DNA of 64,000 bases from Phoronis australis (Eukaryota; Animalia; Phoronida): contig NMRA01000073.1 of NCBI GenBank assembly GCA_002633005.1, positions 644,150 to 708,149 on the forward strand. Direction: 5' to 3'. The notes below the pieces were generated by a model. It was not told the DNA's origin. It worked only from the letters and a program-made list of their open reading frames with translations, and did no database searches. The translations under genes were made by a program, and so were the position numbers. Positions 38,101 through 49,600 of this stretch are shown here, piece by piece; within the stretch, counting starts at the first letter, position 1, and each line of letters begins with the position of its first letter.

Positions 38101-41100
38101 AGAAATTAAGACAAGATAATTAACTAAAAAAATAAATATAAATATAAAAAATTAAAACAGACAATAAATAATTAATAAAAGTAAGACATATAAATAACAA
38201 ATGAATGCAATTCTTAGACACTACATGGAGTTACATGTATGGGTATTTTAGCTCACGTGCTTACATAAATTATGAAATGTGCGCCTCTGTGTGGAACTAT
38301 AACTAAGGAAATAACTGGCTGAAGCAGTGGACTAAAATTGATCAAAAGATACATGAAAACGCCCACTCAATTTAACATGCACGCAAGCACTCGCACATAC
38401 GAGACATGGCTGCCTGTGCTTATTTGTAGATTTGCAACGATTCAATGACTTGTTGCCGACGTCATTATAGAAAAACACTGAATTGAGATGGATTATAGGA
38501 CAGTGAAATCAATTCTGAAATCTGGCTAAAAGTTAAAAATTCACGTAAATGAGGCAGTCTCCTCTGGCGCACAGAAATGTTTATTTGGTATTAGCGTCAC
38601 ATAAAAGTGGCAGTTTTCTTGATTGTTTGCGAATCTGCCGTTTGGTGGAGCAAAATCATCTGTTGGGTAGTAGAGAAACAACATCCATGGTTTGATTCGG
38701 TCTCCTATTGCCTACTTCTTAATGAACAGCCTTGCCATTACTCAGTGACCATGTCATTCAAAACCAATACAGATTTTAGCCTCGAATCCTTGAATCTGGC
38801 ATGTTTCCGATTAATTGATTCTGAAAAATGTGTGGTTTTCACCTCTACCTATAAGTGACGTGTATGTATAATTTCTGGTTTTGCATGTGACTATAATTTC
38901 CTGATTTCAGTAACCAAACAGACAGTACTTAATGTAACTTGTTGTTTGATAACTTCTCGTCTATTTTGGAGTTTTGCGACAGCTTTTACTATTTGAGAAT
39001 TTTTTCCCAGAGGCTCTACAGCTCAACAGGCCACGAAAGATATAATTCACGACCAAATTCCTGCCTTGAAGACTATGATTGATAATGGCACACTACAAGT
39101 AGACAATATTGATGTGTTCTGTGAAAAGGGTGTCTTTGATGTAGAGCAGTCCTGCAAAATACTACAAGCGGGCAAGGCAATTGGACTTAACATCAACTTC
39201 CACGGGGAGGAACTGCATCTTCTTCACTCAGCTGAGGTTAGTGCGCCCTCTTTGGTTGTATAACGTAACACTTAACAGTCATTACATGAGTTTACTTTCT
39301 TTTCAGTGTTGCTCTTTTTAGGCGATAATCATTAATAGAAATACAACCTACCCGATGTGGTACTTGTATATCAATGTTAAGAGTTCTGCTTGGGAACTGC
39401 AGGTATTAGCCTTTTGGTGTTGCTTTTTACAGCCCAGCTATCAGGGCTTGTGGATTGTGAGTAATGGCGACTTGATATTTAACATCAAGATTTGAATCAT
39501 GTTCCTCATTTCCTAGATGGGGGCTGAGATTGGTGCCACGGCCGTCAGTCATCTGGAGGAGGTGTGTCCGGCTGGGATTGATGCCATGTCAGCCGCAGGC
39601 ACCGTTGCCGTCATCCTGCCCACAACAGCATACATCCTGCGTCTGAAGAACCCTCCGGTTAGAGACATGATTGATAAGGATGTACCCGTAGCGTTAGGGA
39701 GTGACTTCAACCCTAACGCTTTCTGCTTGTCCATGGTAAGTACTCCTGTCTGTAAATTTCTTAGGAATTGGTGTTTTGTTGTAGTTACATTATGGTGATT
39801 TGGTGACATAGCAACATGCGCCTGGCAAGATTCATTACACGAAACATTTGGTCAAAAGTCACTAATGCGTGGGGGCTCTTTTGTGAAGGCGTGCACCTTC
39901 TAGAAATCGACACATGCATTGTTGATGCTGCAGTTATCAGAAAATTGTGATAGTGACAACTCTTGTGCCACACATGCCAATTGAAATACTGTGTGACTAT
40001 GTTGTAACTTGTTTAATTTACAGCCAATTGTCATGCACTTGGCCTGTGTAAATCTGCGGATGTCTATGGCTGAGGCGTTGGCTGCATCAACCATAAATGC
40101 AGCCGCATCTCTTGGAAAATCATCCACACATGGGTCTCTGGAGAAAGGGAAACTTGGTGACATGCTGATACTTAATGCGCCCCGGTGAGTGTCTGCTCAG
40201 TCTCTGTCAACATTGGTAATGTTGTCTGAATGTTAACAACTTAGATATTATTATCACCTAGTGCTTTCAACGTTCACAACAAGTATGTTGTCTCATCTTG
40301 ATACCAAAATTGTTTGATTTCAAGTTGCTGTAAACCTGCCTTCTATCAAAGTTCTGATTCTTCCAAATTTAGAATCGTTATCTTCTGATCATAATGAAGG
40401 CCAAGTTGAGACTTGTTTTATAACTGACAGTTGATTAGTACTGGAGAACTGGTTCAGACAGTGTCTGACCTGGGTGGTCATGCTATGCACCGAGCAATAA
40501 CAAAACGTCAATTTTGTGAGCTGTTTTCAATTATAAGTCTTAGGATAAAACAGAACTGGAGTACACCGGCTATGTACNTGCATCAACCATAAATGCAGCC
40601 GCCTCTCTTGGAAAATCATCCACACATGGATCTCTGGAGAAAGGGAAACTTGGTGACATGCTGATACTTAATGCGCCCCGGTGAGTGTCTGCTCAGTCTC
40701 TGTCAACATTGATGATGTTGTCTGAATGTTAACAACTTAGATATTATTTTCATCACCTAGTGCTTTCAACGTTCACAACAAGTATGTTGTCTCATCTTGA
40801 TACCAAAATTGTTTGATTTCAAGTTGCTGTAAACCTGCCTTCTATCAAAGTTCTGATTCTTCCAAATTTAGAATCGTTATCTTCTGATCATAATGAAGGC
40901 CAAGTTGAGACTTGTTTTATAACTGACAGTTGATTAGTACTGGAGACCTGGTTCAGACAGTGTCTGACCTGGGTGGTCATGCTATGCACCGAGCAATAAC
41001 AAAACGTCAATTTTGTGAGCTGTTTTCAATTATAAGTCTTAGGATAAAACAGAACTGGAGTACACTGGCTATGTACATGTAAGTGCAAACCAAAAGGGTA

Positions 41101-41397
41101 GTCTTTTTGACTGAAAACGTGTTCATGGTAGCTTTAAGCAATGGCATACAATGAGCCAGGAAGTTGTATATAATTTCAAAACACCTAATAGTTAATAGTA
41201 TTATAATTTTGTGTTTGCTTTTACCTAGTACATGTTTCTGTGCTCTAACAGTGTTTTCGATGTGGGTGCTCAGTTTGCACAAATTTTGATTTGTGACTCA
41301 TTTCAGGTGGGAACACTTGGTTTACCAGTTCGGAGAACACAGTCATGTGATTAGTCATGTGATCAAAGAGGGCAAGGTAGTACATAGTAACACTTGA
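32021..41397 (+). CDS. AMDHD1: Imidazolonepropionase (HutI), amidohydrolase domain-containing 1, 8 coding exons, 435 aa
   Basis: Exons 32021-32175, 32819-32931, 33857-33921, 35545-35822, 39011-39236, 39517-39735, 40024-40184, 41307-41397 sum to 1308 nt, GT-AG, phases consistent. Motifs PGLVDAHTHPVWAGDRVHEFAMK, GGGINFTV, GTTLAECKTGYGL, GAHAVP, DVFCEKGVF, NFHGEEL, SHLEEV, ALGSDFNP. An acceptor at 31993 suggests an upstream non-coding exon. Confidence 0.96.
32819..32931 (+). CDS. AMDHD1: AMDHD1 exon 2
   Basis: NGRISEVGYD...FEKVIDASGRSVIP. Confidence 0.9.
33857..33921 (+). CDS. AMDHD1: AMDHD1 exon 3 (metal-binding HxH)
   Basis: GLVDAHTHPVWAGDRVHEFAMK. Confidence 0.95.
33966..34580 (+). mobile_element. 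Probable Helentron/DINE-1-like non-autonomous element
   Basis: T-rich start, CGTCC micro-repeats, and four dispersed copies of (T)GTGCCnCnTAGTGG (~34124, 34227, 34368, 34482). The family assignment is from overall resemblance only. Confidence 0.35.
35545..35822 (+). CDS. AMDHD1: AMDHD1 exon 4
   Basis: LAGATYMEVHKAGGGINFTV...CGAHAVP. Confidence 0.95.
36202..36370. repeat. 73-bp tandem duplication (2 perfect copies plus a partial)
   Basis: Unit starting TGAAGTCTATATCTAAATCTGACC at 36202 and 36275, partial at 36348. Confidence 0.9.
36532..36765. mobile_element. hAT-like MITE (CATGCGTGCACCC...GGGTGTGCGCATG)
   Basis: Terminal inverted repeats; flanks TATTG / CATTG (5 bp, one mismatch). Confidence 0.55.
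37870..38300 (-). mobile_element. LINE (L2/CR1-like) 3' tail remnant
   Basis: Hairpin GAGGG...CCCTC at 37917-37960 followed on the minus strand by an AAT/AAAT simple-repeat tail (37871-37900) and preceded by a T-rich 3' UTR. Boundaries approximate. Confidence 0.4.
39011..39236 (+). CDS. AMDHD1: AMDHD1 exon 5
   Basis: GSTAQQAT...DNIDVFCEKGVF...NFHGEELHLLHSAE. Confidence 0.94.
39517..39735 (+). CDS. AMDHD1: AMDHD1 exon 6
   Basis: MGAEIGATAVSHLEEV...VALGSDFNPNAFCLSM. Confidence 0.95.
40024..40184 (+). CDS. AMDHD1: AMDHD1 exon 7
   Basis: PIVMHLACVNLRMSMAEALAASTINAAASLGKSSTHGSLEKGKLGDMLILNAP. Confidence 0.94.
41307..41397 (+). CDS. AMDHD1: AMDHD1 exon 8 (last)
   Basis: WEHLVYQFGEHSHVISHVIKEGKVVHSNT*; AATAAA at 41757-41762. 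Confidence 0.92.
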
Positions 41398-42599
41398 TGT
41401 TGAGTCATGTCATCTAGACAGCAAGAGCCTGTTTTGTCAAAGGTTATATGCCCAGCTGTAAGCTAAGATGGTTGAAGCTATAGTGAATGCATTGCTGTTT
41501 CACTTATTCAGTTCAAACCATTGCAACTGAAACTTGATCATTGTTAATATTTGCATTCAACGACCACCTCAATGTTCATGAACCAAATTTTAATGGATCG
41601 TGTGAAGACCGTCTTTTGATAAACTGGGCTCGGTCCTGGGTACTGTTATTAGGATAGAGCAGTTGAATATTGAAAATTCACGACTTACTGTAAATTGCCT
41701 CAGTTGATGCAAAACAAAGAAACCAGGTGTGTGTTATCATGAAATGTTCTGCAAAAAATAAAATTATTCATTTTCCTTTTTTTAATCTGCTTTATTGAAA
41801 AAAGGTAATCAAGCACTTATTGAACGGTTCATGTATGTTTTTGATAGTTTTTATATTTGAAGGTGAGCAGCTTAAAAGTCCCCAATTAACTTGGTAACTG
41901 CTTCTAAACATTCCCACCTGTCAACTTCCTGGCAGGAAAGAAGCTCTCGCCTCCCTACCCGCCTCTTATAACTTTGCATGTCCAAAGATTGTTTTATCAA
42001 GGACACGACAACAACTGTAGAGTACAGTAACATCTATAAAAACGCAAAGAATTTGCAACGCTGGTGACAATTTAAAGCATTTAATCCCTGACTGTATTAA
42101 TTTTTATAAACAATTTGAGATAGAATTCAATTTGAAAAATTACCTTAGTCTCAATGTACTCCGTGCACAGGCATGGCATATTTTCGACGTTCAAATCAAA
42201 AACTATTAATTGAAGCAAACACTTAGATGTTGACCGTACATACAGAGTGTGCCCCTTCTGTGCCAATCTTGTTGAGGGTGAATACCATTTTCTTTTATAT
42301 TGTCATACATACACTAAACTTAAAACAAAAACAGTGCAGGTGGCCTGATGTCATTTGCGGTGCACATGCAAAGGCCTCATGGTTGGGCCCATTGCACAAA
42401 ACACCCGAGGTAAACGCTAGAGCGCCGTTATGGTTCTTTGTCAAGGAAGTTTTCAAGTCAGTCCATCTCCTTTAAGAAAACGGAACGACCATAGACATCA
42501 ATGGGACAGACATTTCCACTTGTTGCCATGCTCTATGTGTTGTAGGCATGTAACAATGTCATCCAGTAGGTTGCTCCTTAGCTTACATGTATAAAAAGC

Positions 42600-44365
42600 T
42601 GGACAAGACTCTACCAGCTGTTTCGGGGTTTCAACGTTAGTACCATGCCCGGACACACTGGGTTTCCCACATGCCCAGTAATGTGTCTGTGTCGGGCTAG
42701 GTTGCAGTGGCCCATCAAACTTTGAATGATGTGTCTTATGCCCAATCTATCTAGACTCGAAAGGTTTTTTGAACCTTTTGGTTTGATCATATTGGGAAAA
42801 TTCTCGTTGGTCTCTCTGCAGTAGTTAAGTGATGCCCACTGGGCTGCTGACTGGGTATGTACCCAGTCTTATGTACCCATTCTGCAACATCTGTAGGATA
42901 CCGAGATAGCAGGTTCAGGTACACTGTGCAGAACACTGGCTCCTATCTTTGTAAGTCTGTTGCATTTTCGCTACTGTCAATTCCCACATGGGCCCTGACC
43001 CAGTGTACATTGACGGTTCTTGCAATTGCAAGCTTGTTAATCTCGTTATTGCAAGCATTAACACAAGAGCTGACCTTTGGTTTCTTTCGGGTTTTTACTG
43101 CCACTTGGCTATCTGAAACGACGGTAATTCGCCGATTACCCAGCTCGGTGTTCCATTGTCGTGCCAGTTGAGCAGCTCTATTAATTGCAGTGATCTCGGC
43201 CTGGAACACCGTGGCAAGATTGCCTAGCAATACCCAGCTTTCTGCATTCTGCTACAGTAAGGCTTGGAAAATAGATTCTAGCACCTGTCTAGCCATTTTC
43301 CAGGTTTAGAATCATACGTATAACAAACCACCTCATTCTTGTGTTCAGCGGTAGGTGAAGAAATAGTTTGTACGATTCAAAGCTGTGATCTGGACATCAC
43401 TGGGCATATTCCATAGTTGCCCAGTTTTGACCATTAGCTTATTGCACACATTCATGTGGCTTCTATGTGCAACGGAATTGGGGATTTTTCACCCACTGAC
43501 CATTATATCTTGAGCCAAAAAGCAGCAAATGCAGCTTCACCCTCAAGGTATATGTACAGTGGTGGTAGACTGATTAACATTTTAAGGGCTGCAGAAGGCG
43601 TCCTTGGAAAAGCTGAGGTAAAGGACAGACTTGCAAGTAGACGTTGCAGCTGATTAAGTTAACTTTGTTGATAATTGTAATCTGTTTTAACGCTGTTACC
43701 CATACTGACGCAGCATAAGACATCATAGGTTGGATAACAGCAGTATAAAATTAAATCCAGAACATATTCTTGGCATACATTCCCCAAGTTTTACCCACCG
43801 CACCACTGCATCTCACCAGTACAGTTTTGGCTTTTGAGATTTTTTCTGTAGTATGCGGGGTCCAGGAAAGTCGGTGGTGCAAAATGACACTTAAATAAGT
43901 CACCTTGTCTACAGGATAAAGATGTTTATCATTCAGCGTTAAAGGTCGCATTGACCATTTAATCATCCAGGTGAACATAATCACCTTTGTTTTGCTACGA
44001 CTCATTTCCAAGTCAACTGACTTAGCCAATGTGGCTGCTGTATTCAGTGCTCTTTGAGCAAGATGGCAACGTGTGTCAGGATCGATGCTAGACACACCGA
44101 GAACGATATCATCTGCCTATCAGACTTGAACACATAAGCTAGGTCTCATGTCAGCCGATAATTGTCAAAGTAGACCATCTATAACCAAGTTGAAGAGGGT
44201 GGGTGAGGCAGCCCCGCCCTGAGGTGTTCCCCTGGTGATGCAAACCGCCACACTTACATCCTCTAGACAAGCAGTCACAAATTGACTTTCGAGCATGTTA
44301 ATTAATGATCCACCTGGTAAGACACCTATTCACTATAAAGTTGTTTAGTGCAACGCGGATCGCGT
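42600..44365 (-). mobile_element. Decayed RNase H-containing non-LTR retrotransposon (R1/LOA/I-group-like)
   Basis: RT motifs RGTPQGGAASPTLFNLVIDGLL (~44170-44235), mutated YADD (*ADDIV ~44102-44119), KTKVIMFT, YLSVILHHRLSW; RNase H ATVFQAEITAI, SDSQ, VHWVRAHVGI..E (42943-43230). Confidence 0.85.
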
Positions 44366-44912
44366 CCTCAATAAAAAAGCACGAACAAGATAAATGAAGG
44401 ACTGGTGCAGAAGGCAAATTGTTATAAAAATATTAAATCCTTTACAATCTAGCTACCAGATGATGTAGAGCGGTCGCCCTAGAGAACCCTATAAGTCTAA
44501 GTATACTCATTGTTGTTGGACTTAGGTACGTCAATATGCAAGCACCCTTCGGTATTTAAACATTTGAATGGGTTCATAGTTTGAAACTACATGTCGACGT
44601 CATAATCACGGCTGTGCTATAACGTATATTGTGACTTTAGCCCTAGAGAAAAAAGCATATAAAAGCCAATAACATCAAACTTCTTGTTTGGACCATGCTG
44701 AATTTTTAACTTGGAGCTGTTGGTACTATTGGTATGTACCAAATTTGACCAAATTCCAAACTAACTAAAAAGATTAGAGAAATGACAATCATCTGGTCAA
44801 ACAACAGGTAGCGCTACCATAGCATGATACAACCTGTTGGAAGCTTGGACAAAATGCGTCAACAAATTCAAGTGTACCGACTGTGTCACAACAAATAATG
44901 AATATTCAATCA

Positions 44913-44918
44913 TTTATT
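44913..44918 (-). terminator. AATAAA, candidate DOCK polyadenylation signal
   Basis: Plus-strand TTTATT ~1.2 kb beyond the DOCK stop, after an AT-rich 3' UTR. Confidence 0.4.
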
Positions 44919-46134
44919 GAACTATTCACGAACATCATACACAGTTTTATAAAAGGTCAATGCCATTAATCTTTCCACACGATGTGACAAGTCAACTGTT
45001 CCAGCATAATATGAACAGTATTCATTATCTAAAATAATCGGCAATTCAGCACTATATATTAAGTAAAATTAACAATCATAAGTCTTGATTCAACCTGACA
45101 GAAGATTTTATCCGAGAATGGTGAAATCCGACTTCTCACTGCACAAGCTAGAACAACTGCAATGTTGAAAGTCAAGAGTTCAGTAAAAAGTCGACCTGTT
45201 TTACTGTAAGTAGTAACAATACACAATGAATTAGTTTAAGTAACTTGCAATACTTATAAATCGTACTCGGTATAAGCGGATTGTATATAAATTTGTATGT
45301 TACAGTTTAATTTATCGATATAATTATAAAAATATTTTGCTATACAGTCTCTTGTTCACGACAACTACCGCCACCATTAAGCTGGTGTGCTGAATAAACA
45401 TTACTCAGTACAAGTAGCAACCATGCCTATAGGAAACAATGCATTATCAACTCCCATTGAAAGAGCATAACACTAAGCCTATATTTCTAACAACTTACTC
45501 ATCAACAGTGTTGTCATCTCTGTTGTAAAATCAATTACGAACAACTGGAAGATATCAAGAGCCAAGTATTACTTCGGCTGTATAAAGTAGAAAACAAGCA
45601 TTTGCAATTTTTACGACAACAATTTCCAACTGTTTCAACAATATGAAAAATATTTAATATTATTCTACAAACAGTAAAAACACATTCTAAATGAAAACCC
45701 TTGGAATCTTTTTCATAAGCTGATTCATGAATATATTTATAATCCCATTGAATAGTCACAAAATAGGGTAAGCTTGGTATCGAATTACCGCACTAATAAT
45801 CTCTCATTTCACAACCTCGGGAGGTCACAGTTTGTATTACATCTCATAACAGAGTTCAACATCATTCATTTAATACTACATATTCTGAACTAAATAATTT
45901 GTCTATCGCTTAATAATTTTATCCAATCACAAGTTTGAAGTCATATACAAAGCTAGACTATATTCACAAGATGCACCAAACGTCATTGCTTGTAGCATTG
46001 CTCTTGAATATCATGTTCATGACAACAAAGTCTTGAGTTACTGAAGGTCACTGAAGGTCACGCACTTGGTCAACGTCTCAGAGTTTGAGAGTCTACTTTC
46101 ATCTGACTTTGACCTCCAACCGAGAAGGCCAGAA

Positions 46135-46632
46135 CTACGAAAAACTTGCGTCTTCTGGCACATCCACTGATTGTGTGGAAGCATAAGGTGGGGAACGAGC
46201 AGAACCTGAAGGACGAGGGGGTAGAGGGGGAGGCCTGTCTTCTTGCTTCGTGGCCTTCTGGGGTTTATTGGGTGGTAATGGGGGTGGAGTTTGGGAAGTA
46301 CTGTCATTACCCACCGACTGTTTCCGTAGAGAAGCCAGCGGGCTGCTGCGTTTAACTGGAGAAACAGGAAGTGAAGGCTTTCTCAAGATCGGACTTCCAC
46401 GAGCCGGGAGGGGCGGAGCGGCAGATGACTTTCCGTCTGGGTCATCGTTGTGGCCCGTCGGACTGCTGGGTCTTTGGGGCAGGGGAGGTAATTCTTCAGA
46501 GGACTGTGGTCCGGTCACGGAGAGTTTGCGTTTTGGTGACACTGTCGGCTTGTTAGAGGAAGCGTGAATGGTCTGACGACATCTGGGCTTCGGCTTATTT
46601 GGGAAAGAAGATGGAAATGGGTCCGACGGGAG
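46135..46632 (-). CDS. DOCK3: DOCK last exon, proline-rich SH3-binding tail
   Basis: LPPLPQR, APPLPAR, PPPLPPNK, PPPLPPR; stop TAG at 46135-46137. Confidence 0.85.
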   Translation of the reverse strand, partial: LPSDPFPSSFPNKPKPRCRQTIHASSNKPTVSPKRKLSVTGPQSSEELPPLPQRPSSPTGHNDDPDGKSSAAPPLPARGSPILRKPSLPVSPVKRSSPLASLRKQSVGNDSTSQTPPPLPPNKPQKATKQEDRPPPLPPRPSGSARSPPYASTQSVDVPEDASFS

Positions 46633-49600
46633 CTGGAAAAACAAAAAATGGACTAAAAATTGATGATATATTAGACATACAAGACTTGCATCCCTGGAAA
46701 CAAAAGCGACCAACTGTTTGATGTCTCATTGACTGTGAGCAACATGAGGGGAATGGCAAAGACACTAATGCAAACATCATCAATCTCAACAAAACCAACG
46801 GATTCTTCCCACAATCCCATGCTCCGGGAAGCACAGGCAGCGCGATTTTAATTTGTTCGTATGAAGGTCAAAGGAAGGTTGCACCTTCCCATGCCAACTA
46901 ATTACCTCACCTTAATTTGTCTTTTTGGTCTGTCTGGTAAAGGTGGTGGCATTTCTGGTGGGACTTCTGGTGCTTTTTGAATGTCTGCAAAAATGAAAAA
47001 AAATGTAGTTAATAATATTGTTTTCTGAAAATAATGCAAACACATGTCCGGGGCCAGACAGGCTGGAATGTTTAAAAGCTTCCATTATGGCACCTTCTGT
47101 CAAAAGACAACTTTGGATTAAGGCTACTTAGGTTATTAGAATTGTATTGACACATTATGTATTTGACTCAGATGAGAACAGATTTCTTTGCCAATTTGTT
47201 GTTCATGGATGCCATGCCTGTAATATTGATTGACCAGCCAAAGTCAGTGCTGAACTGTCAGTTCTTCCCAAACCAGAAATAACTTGGCAGTAACAAGTTA
47301 AGAAGTTATAAATTTGAAGGGCCTAAAAGTAAAAAAATGCCAGGAAACAGGTTCAGAGCTTAATACTAATGTCAGTAGACTGTCGTATGACTCAAGTCGT
47401 ATGACTCAAGTCGTATGACTCAATTTAACAAGCTATTTGAAATGAGTATTCCATAAAGAAAGCAAACCTGAAGCAGATAATGCATCAATGCTAAATGCAC
47501 TAAGTGTTGTGAAGCACTGGCATTTGAAGTGATACTATCAGTGACTATGTAGACCAGTGTATTAAAGATAAGCCCCTTGGCATGGGTATTCAGTGACTCG
47601 AAAAACAGAAAATCATGATCAAAGCAAAAGTAACACTTTTCACATTGAATGAATTACGTTTTTAGACACCAATTTGGACATTTCATTGAAGAGTCGAAAA
47701 TACCTACTGTTTGGATTGATGATGAACAATTGTTAACTGATGAAATTAGAGTCTTTGCTAGGGATATTACCTTCATTACCAAAGGTCAAATTTCCTTTTA
47801 ATGTTAAAAGGATACCAAACCCGGTTTTGGCCTATTGACAGACACTAAAAACGACTTTTTATCTAGTTCAATTTTAGAAACAAAATAATACTCTGTAACC
47901 CTTGACAACCTTCAAAAGTTGGGAGGAAAATATGAAATTCATGTCTGCTAAACGGGGAAGCGTGATCTACGTTTTTAGCGAATTACACGGCAACTAGGAA
48001 AAGAGCACCCCCCAAGGACGATATCACAGGGGGTGTTAGTTTTTAGTGGATTCATGCTTTTAACTTTGAAGGTTGATGTCAATGATGCATTAGCAGGTGA
48101 CAGAACGAGGATTGGTTGGCAATCATCAAATCAGGGTTTCGTATCCTTTTATTGTATTTTGACAAAGGTTACTGTTCACGAAACTGTTTTTAAAATCCAC
48201 AATCATATGTGCACGAAAACAATGTCCAGGTTTCATAACTGATTTTATTCTAAAAATATGATTTTTCGAGGAGATTGCCAAATTTTCCACAAAGTAACAT
48301 TTTTTTGCACCGAACTTGGAAATTCCTATTTCTTTATTCTGTTAGCTACAAAGGCCTGAGACGTTCTTTCAAGGACTTTTATCACGAGATCTTAGTCTGC
48401 TCTCAACAATTTACTAGACTTCCATTTTTTCAAGGAATGTTTACGCCTTCATTTTTCACAGCAGAGTTCTCAGGCTTAAAGAAAGAGACAGTCCCAGACG
48501 TACTTTTGTAGCTACCAGAATGAAGAAACTTACAGAATTTGCAAGTCTCATGAGAAAAAAACTCAATGTTTGTGAAAATTATGGCAATCCTACAAAAAAT
48601 CAAGATTTTTAAGAAAAAGTCACGTGATTACGAACATCTAGGCATTACTTTTGGGCTGTGATGATCAAGCCAGGATTTTGAAAATAGACAGTTTTATGGG
48701 TCGACTGTAGTTAAAAAGTTATTTAAACAATCTGATCCTTGGTAACAAAAGGGGCTCTCTCTTACTTGAATTACTCCAGTCAAATTAGTGCACTCAGTGG
48801 ACAAGCAACATTAGCAAGTATTGAACATTGATTCACAATGACTACGACAGGCAGGCAGTTTAACACTAGGAAACTTACACTTCAGTATAATTTATACAAG
48901 CGCGAGTTAAAGTTGAGTTAGGGTCTGAAAATTTAGAAAGTAAAGCCCCATACAACAAGTTGGGAAGCGGGCCACATGCAACGACAAATTGAACGATCAT
49001 CAAGTCTAATACCAAGACTAAGTCTTTAGTGCAGAAACTGAAGTTGCAGAGCACTGTCAACAAACTCCAGGTAATGTGTGTGTAAAATATATTTTTAGTC
49101 AACACTTAAATAATTAAGTTTTCTCTCGTGCATATTCCGGCAGCAAGTTTTCATGGAGATGTATTTGAACAATGAATGTGGTGTGGCCTGAATGCCCAAC
49201 GATGTATTATGAAATTTGAACAATTAGAGCAATTCAATGGACTGTACCAAAATTGCATTACGCACACTTCAAAAACATTTAGGAATAGTTGAAACTACTT
49301 CAAACCCGATTTCTGCCAAAAATTAACTTTCGATTCAGGACACTTACCATTCACAAAACTGGTCTCAACTCATTCCGTAACATTTTCAAACCCCGGAGTG
49401 CATCGTTTGAGAATTCAACACTGACAACTAAACAGAGGTGAAGTGTCCCTTAAACCAATAATTTCTGAACAGTAGTGCTGATTTTTGTCTAAAAAACTCG
49501 TCTGAAAATACTATCACTTCACGTCTAATACCTGAGGAGGAGTGAGCTACGTGCAGCCTTGGGTGCAGGGTGTGACTACGCACTGAACAATTGTCAGAGA

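Noticed and set aside
47806-47815. GTATCCTTTT on the minus strand within a DOCK intron (possible U12 donor)
   Set aside because: No convincing exon upstream, and the next acceptor (46985) has a U2-type pyrimidine tract with no U12 branch point.
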